The translations under genes were made by a program, and so were the position numbers. Shown piece by piece: positions 19,132 to 25,393 of a stretch of 25,393 bases of DNA. The stretch comes from Hyalangium minutum. GTDB taxonomy: Bacteria > Myxococcota > Myxococcia > Myxococcales > Myxococcaceae. The stretch lies in the NCBI RefSeq assembly GCF_000737315.1, contig NZ_JMCB01000003.1, positions 1 to 25,393 on the forward strand, written 5' to 3'. The notes under the pieces were generated by a model, which was not told the origin of the DNA, ran no database searches, and was given only the letters and a program-made list of their open reading frames with translations. Every line of letters begins with the position of its first letter. The stretch's first letter is position 1.

Positions 19132-19926
19132 TCAGGAGGTCTTCGAGGCAGGGGGGGACGGTTCGCGGAAGCCTTCGTGCCCCGCGGCGGCGACAGCGTC
19201 CTCGAGGTCTCCGCCCTTGCCGCCGAGTTCCAGGCTCTGGGCGATGATCACTTCCCGGACAGCCCGGGCCAGGCCCTCGCGGTCGTTCGCGGCAAAGGCC
19301 GTGGTGTCGATGGGCTTGCCGATCTTCACGTGGACGGGGCCGGGGACGATGTTCCAGGAGTTCTTGGGCATGATGGAGCCCGTGCCTTCGACGGTGACAG
19401 GACAGATGGGCACGCGGGCCTCAAGTGCCAGGGCGAACGGCCCCTTCTTGAAGGGGAGGATCCGCCCGTCCGGCGAGCGGGTGCCCTCCGGGTACAGGAA
19501 GATGCTGGTGCCGCTGCGGATCTTCTGCCCGGCGCGCTGGAGCGAGGTGATCGCCGCCTGCCGGTTGGAGCGGTTGACGAAGACGTGCCCCGCCACCCAC
19601 AGATACCAGCCGATGAAGGGCACCCACCCCAGCTGGCTCTTGGCCACGTAGCGGAAGGGCACCGGCACCGTGACGAAGTGCGCCGGGATGTCCAGGGTCG
19701 ACTGATGGTTGGAGACGTAGATGGTCGGCCGCTTGGGATCGACGTTCTCCTGGCCGTGCACCACCAGACGGGCACCGCCGGCCCACAGCAGCACAGGCGA
19801 CCACAGGTGGCGGCAGATCCACACCGAGGCGTCCCCACCGAGCAACAGAGCGGTCAGGGAGGCGAACGGGAACAGGAACGCCGTCCACGCGCCCGCAACG
19901 AACATGCAGAAGAGTTTACGTGGCAT
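19132..19926 (-). CDS. plsC: 1-acyl-sn-glycerol-3-phosphate acyltransferase (LPAAT)
   Basis: 264 aa with acyltransferase motif I NHQSTLD (HX4D), motif III FLYPEGTRS and an N-terminal hydrophobic anchor. Its stop abuts the TPR gene start. Confidence 0.85.
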   Translation of the reverse strand: MPRKLFCMFVAGAWTAFLFPFASLTALLLGGDASVWICRHLWSPVLLWAGGARLVVHGQENVDPKRPTIYVSNHQSTLDIPAHFVTVPVPFRYVAKSQLGWVPFIGWYLWVAGHVFVNRSNRQAAITSLQRAGQKIRSGTSIFLYPEGTRSPDGRILPFKKGPFALALEARVPICPVTVEGTGSIMPKNSWNIVPGPVHVKIGKPIDTTAFAANDREGLARAVREVIIAQSLELGGKGGDLEDAVAAAGHEGFREPSPPASKTS

Positions 19927-20004
19927 ACGAGGCTTGAGAGTGTGAGCCTGCCATACCCAGGGCCCTCGCGCGGCTTCGTCGAGAGGGTCTTTTCGGACGG
20001 CCTT

Positions 20005-20063
20005 CCTGCCGCCCCGGAGGGGAGGCAGGTTCTAACACGCCCAGTCCATGCCTTTGGGACTGG
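20005..20063. promoter_or_regulatory. Divergent regulatory region between plsC and the kinase gene. It contains inverted repeats CCTGCC-N13-GGCAGG (20005-20029) and CCAGTCC-N9-GGACTGG (20041-20063).
   Basis: Palindromes read from the sequence in the 173-nt spacer between divergent start codons. Confidence 0.35.
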
Positions 20064-20099
20064 TATGCGCCGCCCGGTGCGGCTACAAGCAGGGGTGGC

Positions 20100-20714
20100 G
20101 TGGCCAGGAAAAAGTTCATCGCCGTCGCGGGTAATATTGGCGCCGGGAAGACGGAGCTCACCTCGTTCCTCTGCCGGAAGTACGGCTTGACGCCGTACTT
20201 CGAGCCGAACGACCAGAACCCCTACCTGGCCGACTTTTACAAGGACATGAAGAAGTGGGCCTTCCGCTCACAGATCTTCTTTTTGACCCATAAGTTCCGG
20301 CTGCACCGCGAGCTGGAGCGTCAGCCCGGAACGGTATTGCAGGACCGGACCATCTACGAGGACGCGGAGATCTTCGCCAAGAACCTTCACCGGCAGCGCT
20401 TCATCGACAAGCGGGACTGGCAGATGTACCGGGAGCTGTACGAGACGGTGGCCCAGGTGCTCACCCCGCCGGATCTGATGATCTACCTGCGCTGCCCCGT
20501 GCAGACCCTCAAGGAGCGCATCCGCCTGCGAGGCCGCGTCATGGAGAAGGACATCCCCACGCTCTACCTCAAGCGCCTGAACGCCCTCTATGAGGAGTGG
20601 TTCAGCCACTACAAGATGTCGCCCGTGCTCGTGCTGCCGACCGACAAGCTCGACTACCTCACCAACCTGGTGGATCGCGTGGATCTGTTCCGCCAGATCG
20701 AGAAGCACCTGTGA
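20100..20714 (+). CDS. Deoxynucleoside kinase family protein (dAK/dGK/dCK-like P-loop kinase)
   Basis: 204 aa, (M)ARKKFIAVAGNIGAGKTELTSFL...FEPNDQNPYL...QDRTIYEDAEIF..., with P-loop, ERS-like and lid regions typical of the dNK family. GTG start. Confidence 0.82.
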   Translation: MARKKFIAVAGNIGAGKTELTSFLCRKYGLTPYFEPNDQNPYLADFYKDMKKWAFRSQIFFLTHKFRLHRELERQPGTVLQDRTIYEDAEIFAKNLHRQRFIDKRDWQMYRELYETVAQVLTPPDLMIYLRCPVQTLKERIRLRGRVMEKDIPTLYLKRLNALYEEWFSHYKMSPVLVLPTDKLDYLTNLVDRVDLFRQIEKHL

Positions 20715-21886
20715 AGGAGGTCTACGTCCTCGCCGTCGAGTCGTCTGCTCCCATCCCGTTGGAGGAGCTGCGCCCCGCGTTCGAGTCGGAAGACGTGCGC
20801 TTCGCGATGCTGGAGGGCGGGAACGGTTTCTCCGTCCATGCTGAGGGCACTCAGGTCGAGGTGCGCTTCGACACCCAGCGGCCCACGAAGGGCGTGGATC
20901 CCCGCCTGCTCACTGGCAGCGAGGAGGCTCAGAAGGCGTTCCAGCGCACCCAGGGCTATTACTGGCTCTCCGTGGAGCCGGGCTCCGGGCCTCAGCCCAC
21001 CGTGCCCGTTTTCGAGGCCCTGTGGTGCGCGCGCACGCTGATGGAGCAGACGCAGGGCGTGCTGCTGGACCTCACCGCGTACAAGCTGCACGACGTGGCG
21101 GACGTGGTGGAGATCACCGAGCTGGACTTCGACATTCGCGACCACGTCAACCTGCACGCCGTGGCCGCCATCGAGGGCGATACGCCCCTGTGGGTGCACT
21201 CGCACGGCATGGAGAAGTTCGGCACCCGGGACTTGGAGATCTTCCACCTGGGCGAGGAGGACCTGCTGGCCGCGGAGATGTTCCTCCATGAGCTGTGCAC
21301 GGACATGGCCTTCGGCCAGGGCCCCGGCGCTCGCAAGGAAGTGCATACCAGCGAGGGCCAATCCTTCCGGCTCGTGCCCTCCGAGGAGGCCCGGGTGAAC
21401 CTGCTCGGCGTCCCGCTGGAGACCTTCGAGGGCCACGAGGCCCTGTTCCTCAGCGTCGTGTCCCCGCTGGGCCGGCACAACACCGCCGAGTTGCTGCGCC
21501 CCTACCGCGAGCGCTTCGTCCCCGAGCCCGAGGAGCGCACCGAGTCCCTCCGGCTCGAGGCCCAGGCCCTGCTGCCTGCCTTCAAGGCCCGCTTCGGCCG
21601 CAAGGGGCTCATGGAGCCGCTCACCTTCCTGGTGCGAGCGCCCTTCGAGACCCACCCCGAGGGCCAGGCCGTCGAGGAGAACCTCTGGCTGGAGGTGGTG
21701 GCCTGGGAAGAGGGCACCGTGGTGGGCAAGCTCGTGGATGGCGCCGTCCACACCACCGAGTGGCGCAAGGGCGCTCACGTGGAGGTGGATGAGGAGCACA
21801 TCAACGCGCTCGCCATCAGCCACGAGGGCCGCACGCTGGACGAGGAAGAGATCCGCGCGCTGCTCATTGCCGAACGGCCCATGTAG
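20711..21886 (+). CDS. Uncharacterised 391-aa protein, translationally coupled to the kinase (GTGA overlap). The C-terminal approximately 100 aa resemble the DUF2314 (YegJ-like) pattern ENLWLEVVAWEEGTVVGKLVDGAVHTTEWRKGAHVEVDEEHINALAI. N-terminal domain possibly DUF4026-like.
   Basis: Continuous high-GC3 ORF. The GTG at 20711 overlaps the kinase TGA. The ORF track's upstream extension would lie out of frame inside the kinase. The family assignment is from memory of Pfam patterns and is not verified. Confidence 0.65.
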   Translation: MKEVYVLAVESSAPIPLEELRPAFESEDVRFAMLEGGNGFSVHAEGTQVEVRFDTQRPTKGVDPRLLTGSEEAQKAFQRTQGYYWLSVEPGSGPQPTVPVFEALWCARTLMEQTQGVLLDLTAYKLHDVADVVEITELDFDIRDHVNLHAVAAIEGDTPLWVHSHGMEKFGTRDLEIFHLGEEDLLAAEMFLHELCTDMAFGQGPGARKEVHTSEGQSFRLVPSEEARVNLLGVPLETFEGHEALFLSVVSPLGRHNTAELLRPYRERFVPEPEERTESLRLEAQALLPAFKARFGRKGLMEPLTFLVRAPFETHPEGQAVEENLWLEVVAWEEGTVVGKLVDGAVHTTEWRKGAHVEVDEEHINALAISHEGRTLDEEEIRALLIAERPM

Positions 21887-21898
21887 GCTCCGCGCTCC

Positions 21899-23608
21899 AT
21901 GCCAGCCCTGCTGCTGCTCTCCGGTCCCTCCGCCGGCCGCCGCTATGAGGTGGTTTCGGACGTCTCCATTGGCCGCAGCCCGTCGTGCGAGATCCAGCTC
22001 GACGACGACAAGGTGTCCCGGCGGCACGCCCACATCTTCTTGAGCGAAGGGCAGATGCGCGTCCGGGATCTGGGCTCGCGCAACGGCACGCTCGTCAACG
22101 GAGAGCGCCTCCAGGGCGAGGCGCGCTTGGTGCCCGGCGATCGCATCCAGGTGGGAGAGACGACCGCCCTCTACGAGCCGCTCACCCAGGCCGCCTTGAC
22201 GGAGCAGGCGCCGCTCGATGCCCGCCATGTCCCCATCGCCGAGGTACTGCCGCACGTGGGGCCCGAGGCGGCTCTGCTGTCCGCTGGGGTGGCCCTGCTG
22301 GGCGCCACCAGCGAGGCCATGGTGCTGCGGCGGTTGGTGGACGAGGCCCTTCATGCCTTGAGCGCGGATCGGGCCGCGGCGCTGCTCGGAGGGCAGGGTG
22401 GGTTGCTCACCGCGGCGGTGTCAGGCACGGCCTCTGTGGAGGTTCCGCGCGTCATGGCGAGCCTGGCGCTGGAGCAGAAGGAGGTCGTTTCCACGGCCAA
22501 TGCCCTCTGTGCTCCCTTGGTGGCCGCCGGAGGCATGCCGTTCGGACTGCTGTATGTGGCGTGTGATGAGCCGCGCTTCAGTGCGAAGGATGCGGGCATC
22601 GTGGCCGCGCTGGGGCGCATGGGCGGCGAGGCGTACACCGCCATGCACTCCCGGATGGAGGAAGAGCAGGCCCCCGTTCAGCTCGTCGGCACGTCCCGGC
22701 CGTTCCGCCGCATGGTGGAGCAGGCCCGGCGCGCGGCTGCCAGCGCCGCTCCCGTGGTCATCTCCGGCGCCCCCGGAAGTGGGAAGAGCCTCCTGGCCCG
22801 GTTCATCCATGTGCACTCCCCTCGGGCGCTGGGGCCGCTGGTGGCGGTGGACTGCCGTCTGCCGGGGCCTGCCGTGGAGGAGTTCCTCTTTGGCCGCGCG
22901 AGTGCTCCCGGGCTTCCGCCGCGCTCGTCCGCGCTCCTGCGCGCGGATGGAGGGACGCTGCTGCTCCAGCACGTGGAGGGGCTCTCGGGCGCCACGGTCG
23001 AGCGGCTGGTGCGGCTGCTCGCGCGCAAGGTGGCTCCGGCCCGGCAAGGAGGCGAGGAGCCTGTCAATCTGCGCCTCATCGCCACTGCGATCGAGCCCAC
23101 GCAGCTCCTGGCCGCCAAGGGCGGGCTGGATCCCGCCCTGGCCATGGCGCTGTCCGGACTGGAGATCGAGGTGCCGCCCCTGCGCGAGCGCCGCGCCGAT
23201 CTGAGCGCCTTGTTCGAGCACTTCGCCGCCCGGGGCGCCCAAGCCACCCGGAAGCCACCTCCGGTGCTCAGCCCGGGGGCCAAGCGCCTCCTCGTGGACT
23301 ACGCGTGGCCACAGAACGTGAGCGAGCTGAAGCTGGTGGCAGAGCGGCTCGGGCGGCTGTACTCCGGCCGCGAGGTGCACGCGCTGCGCTTGCCTCCGGA
23401 GATCCAGGAGGGCTCGGCGGAGGCCAAGCCTCGCAGCCTGCAGGAGATGGTCGAACGCCTGGAGCGGGAGGCCATCGTCGAGGCGCTCCAGTCCGCGGGA
23501 GGCCGGAAGATCCGCGCGGCCGAGCAGCTCGGCATCAGCCGCCCCACGCTGGACAAGAAGATCGAGGAGTACGCCATCCAGTTGGAGAAGCCACGGCGGC
23601 GACAGTGA
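21899..23608 (+). CDS. FHA-GAF-sigma54-interaction(AAA+)-Fis HTH regulator whose ATPase motifs are degenerate (pseudo-enhancer-binding protein)
   Basis: N-terminus is FHA (GR...SRRHAHI...NGTLVNG). The middle is GAF-like. The AAA+ module has Walker A GAPGSGKS, HVHSPRA and PPLRERR conserved, but ESELFGHEKGAFTGA becomes EEFLFGRASAPGLPPRS, Walker B GTLFLDEIG becomes GTLLLQHVEG, and FREDLxxRL becomes GLDPALAMAL. C-terminal Fis-type HTH is GGRKIRAAEQLGISRPTLDKKIEEY. Confidence 0.8.
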   Translation: MPALLLLSGPSAGRRYEVVSDVSIGRSPSCEIQLDDDKVSRRHAHIFLSEGQMRVRDLGSRNGTLVNGERLQGEARLVPGDRIQVGETTALYEPLTQAALTEQAPLDARHVPIAEVLPHVGPEAALLSAGVALLGATSEAMVLRRLVDEALHALSADRAAALLGGQGGLLTAAVSGTASVEVPRVMASLALEQKEVVSTANALCAPLVAAGGMPFGLLYVACDEPRFSAKDAGIVAALGRMGGEAYTAMHSRMEEEQAPVQLVGTSRPFRRMVEQARRAAASAAPVVISGAPGSGKSLLARFIHVHSPRALGPLVAVDCRLPGPAVEEFLFGRASAPGLPPRSSALLRADGGTLLLQHVEGLSGATVERLVRLLARKVAPARQGGEEPVNLRLIATAIEPTQLLAAKGGLDPALAMALSGLEIEVPPLRERRADLSALFEHFAARGAQATRKPPPVLSPGAKRLLVDYAWPQNVSELKLVAERLGRLYSGREVHALRLPPEIQEGSAEAKPRSLQEMVERLEREAIVEALQSAGGRKIRAAEQLGISRPTLDKKIEEYAIQLEKPRRRQ

Positions 23609-23649
23609 GGGCACCATCCCGCTTGTCCCCCCGTGCCCCCGCAGCGTAG

Positions 23650-24564
23650 ATGCCCCCCATGAGCTTCCGTTACTCCGACGAGGTGCGTCGCGCCCTGGAC
23701 ACGAAGGCGCCGCTGGTGGCGCTCGAGACGAGCGTGGTGGCCCAAGGCCTGCCTTACCCGGACAACCTCCGCGCCGCGCGCGCCTGCGAGGAGGCCGTTC
23801 GCAGCGCCGGTGCCGTGCCCGCTCCCATCGCCGTGGTGGATGGCGAGGTGTGGATCGGTCTCGAGGAGGCCGCCATGCTCCGGCTCGCCGAGGGCAAGGA
23901 GAAGCTGATGAAGCTCGGCTCGCGCGATCTGCCCGTGGCCATCGCCTTGAAGGCCTCGGGGGGCACCACCGTGAGCGCCACCTGTGAGCTGGCCGCCGCC
24001 GCCGGCATCCGCGTCTTCGCCACCGGCGGCCTGGGCGGTGTCCACCGGGGCGTCAGCGAGCACTGGGACATCTCCCAGGACATTGGCGCGCTGGCCCGCT
24101 ACCCCGTCGCCGTGGTGTGCGCCGGCGCCAAGTCCATCCTGGATCTGCCCAAGACGATGGAGGCCCTGGAGACCGCGAGCGTGCCCGTCATCGGCGTGCG
24201 CACCAGCGAGCTCCCATCCTTTTATAGCCGCAGCTCGGGCATGCCGCTGGAGCACCGGGTCGAGGACGCCGTCACGGCCGCTCGCATCGTCCGCGCCCGG
24301 GGCGAGCTGGGGCAGGGGGGGCTCGTCTTCGCGCTTCCGCCACCCGACGAGGCGGCCCTGCCTCGGGAGGACGTGGAGCGGCACATCGCCTCCGCGCTCG
24401 CCGAGGCCGAGCGCCAAAGTATTCGAGGCAAGGCCGTCACCCCGTTCCTGCTCGGGGACATGGCCCGGCGCACGGGAGGCCAGAGCCTGAAGGCCAACCT
24501 GGCCCTCCTGGCCAACAACTCGCGCTTCGCCGGAGAGCTTGCCGTCGCTTTGACGCGGGGATGA
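23650..24564 (+). CDS. psuG: Pseudouridine-5'-phosphate glycosidase (IndA/YeiN family)
   Basis: 304 aa, collinear with PsuG: ...PLVALETSVVAQGLPYP...GGTTVSATCELAAAAGIRVFATGGLGGVHRG...VVCAGAKSILDL...GKAVTPFLL...SLKANLALLANN. The ATG at 23659 is an alternative start. Confidence 0.85.
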   Translation: MPPMSFRYSDEVRRALDTKAPLVALETSVVAQGLPYPDNLRAARACEEAVRSAGAVPAPIAVVDGEVWIGLEEAAMLRLAEGKEKLMKLGSRDLPVAIALKASGGTTVSATCELAAAAGIRVFATGGLGGVHRGVSEHWDISQDIGALARYPVAVVCAGAKSILDLPKTMEALETASVPVIGVRTSELPSFYSRSSGMPLEHRVEDAVTAARIVRARGELGQGGLVFALPPPDEAALPREDVERHIASALAEAERQSIRGKAVTPFLLGDMARRTGGQSLKANLALLANNSRFAGELAVALTRG

Positions 24565-24577
24565 CATGACCGGAGGG

Positions 24578-24599
24578 GCAGCTTCACGAAGCTGCTTTT
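24578..24599 (+). terminator. Intrinsic terminator GCAGCTTC-AC-GAAGCTGC followed by TTTT, 14 nt after the psuG stop
   Basis: Perfect 8-bp inverted repeat immediately followed by T4. Confidence 0.6.
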
Positions 24600-24628
24600 G
24601 AGGTGGCATGCTCTAGGGAGGCCCCTGC

Positions 24629-25393
24629 ATGCCAGCACCTTCCATTCCGGCGGATGAAGCCCAGCGCCTCAAGGCTTTGTGGGATCTGTGCGTGCTGGAC
24701 ACCCCGCCGGAGGAGCGGTTCGACCGCATCGTCCGGATGGCGGTACGGCTCTTCCAGGTGCCCATCGCCTTGGTGTCGCTGGTGGACAAGGACCGGCAGT
24801 GGTTCAAGGCCCGGTACGGGATCGCGGAGCTGTCGGGGCCTCGCAACACCTCGTTCTGCGGCCACGCCATTCTCCATTCCGAGATGCTGGTGGTGCCGGA
24901 CGCCACCCTGGACCCTCGCTTCCTGGACAACCCGAATGTCCTGGACGCGCCCCACGTCCGCTTCTACGCGGGCCAGCCGCTGAGGGCGCCCAACGGAAGG
25001 CTTGTCGGGACGCTGTGCGTGGTCGACTACAAGACCCGCGAATTCAGTGAGGAGGATCGTCGCGCCTTGAGGGACTTGTCCGCGTGGACGGAGCTGGAGC
25101 TGTCCATGAAGGCGCTCCAGGAGGCCCAGGCCGCCGTCAAGCAGCTGGATCACTTCTTCGAGCTGTCGGCGGACATGCTCAGCATCACCAACCTCGAGAG
25201 CCGGCTGCTGCGCTGCAGCGTCTCCTGGAGCCGGACCTTGGGCTACTCCACCACGGAGCTGAGGGACATCCGGTTGCGCGAGCTGTTCCACCCGGAGGAT
25301 CTCCCCCAGGTGCTCGAGGCTCGACAGCGGGCCATCGAGGGCAGGCCACTCCCCAGTGTCGAGTGCCGCATTCGCGACCGCGCTGGCACCTGG
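24629..25393 (+). CDS. GAF-PAS sensor protein, N-terminal 255 aa (3' end beyond window). Absent from the ORF track because no stop lies in the window.
   Basis: Manual translation from the ATG at 24629 (RBS GGGAGG 7 nt upstream) gives MPAPSIPADEAQRLKALWDLCVLDTPPEERFDRIVRMAVRLFQVPIALVSLVDKDRQWFKARYGI...CGHAILHSEMLVVPDATLDPRF...RFYAGQPLRAPNGRLVGTLCVVDYKTREFSEEDRRAL... (GAF), then ...LDHFFELSADMLSITNLESRLLRCSVSWSRTLGYSTTELRDIRLRELFHPEDL... (PAS). Codon GC3 is high in this frame. The track's ORFs here (24603..24983 plus strand, 24584..25291 minus strand) are Arg/Ser/Trp-rich wrong-frame artefacts. Confidence 0.75.
   Translation, partial: MPAPSIPADEAQRLKALWDLCVLDTPPEERFDRIVRMAVRLFQVPIALVSLVDKDRQWFKARYGIAELSGPRNTSFCGHAILHSEMLVVPDATLDPRFLDNPNVLDAPHVRFYAGQPLRAPNGRLVGTLCVVDYKTREFSEEDRRALRDLSAWTELELSMKALQEAQAAVKQLDHFFELSADMLSITNLESRLLRCSVSWSRTLGYSTTELRDIRLRELFHPEDLPQVLEARQRAIEGRPLPSVECRIRDRAGTW

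Noticed and set aside
20654-22354. 566-aa minus-strand ORF, the longest in the window, antisense to the DUF protein and regulator genes
   Set aside because: Arg/Gly/Ala/Leu-rich composition with no recognisable domains. It overlaps well-supported plus-strand genes. It is the typical stop-codon-poor antisense frame of about 70% GC DNA.
22421-23617. 398-aa minus-strand ORF, 436-aa minus-strand ORF (23299..24609) and 235-aa minus-strand ORF (24584..25291)
   Set aside because: Antisense to the FHA-EBP-like regulator, psuG and the GAF-PAS gene, all of which have strong family signatures. No domains in the antisense frames.

Overview
High-GC (about 68-70%) bacterial DNA whose codon usage and protein features (FHA-domain enhancer-binding-protein-like regulator, TPR lipoprotein, K/A/E-rich ribosomal-protein tails) suggest a Myxococcota/Myxococcus-like organism. 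This attribution is an inference. Positions 1-17,000 are one long plus-strand ribosomal-protein supercluster. It opens with the 3' end of tuf, then rpsJ-rplD-rplW-rplB-rpsS-rplV-rpsC-rplP-rpmC-rpsQ (S10 operon), rplN-rplX-rplE-rpsN(type Z)-rpsH-rplF-rplR-rpsE-rpmD-rplO-secY (spc), adk-map-infA-rpmJ, and rpsM-rpsK-rpsD-rpoA-rplQ (alpha). The segment ends in a GNRA-loop terminator. Odd points inside this otherwise conserved block: rplC (L3) is absent from its canonical slot between rpsJ and rplD. Unusually long structured spacers precede rplE and rpsH, and follow secY, rpsD and rpoA. Many r-proteins carry low-complexity extensions, for example a 43-aa KKEKK-rich N-terminus on L5. From 17 kb on the window is accessory. 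A minus-strand operon encodes plsC, a TPR lipoprotein and a bitopic membrane protein of unknown function. A divergent regulatory region follows. A plus-strand four-gene unit then encodes a deoxynucleoside-kinase-family protein translationally coupled (GTGA overlap) to a 391-aa uncharacterised protein. Next comes an FHA-GAF-sigma54-type AAA+-HTH regulator whose ATPase motifs (GAFTGA, Walker B, arginine finger, sensor II) are degenerate. Last is an orphan pseudouridine-5'-phosphate glycosidase (psuG) with no adjacent pseudouridine kinase, closed by a clean intrinsic terminator. A 5'-partial GAF-PAS sensor gene runs off the window end and is missing from the ORF track. No tRNA, rRNA, CRISPR or mobile element was recognised. 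The many long antisense ORFs are high-GC artefacts.
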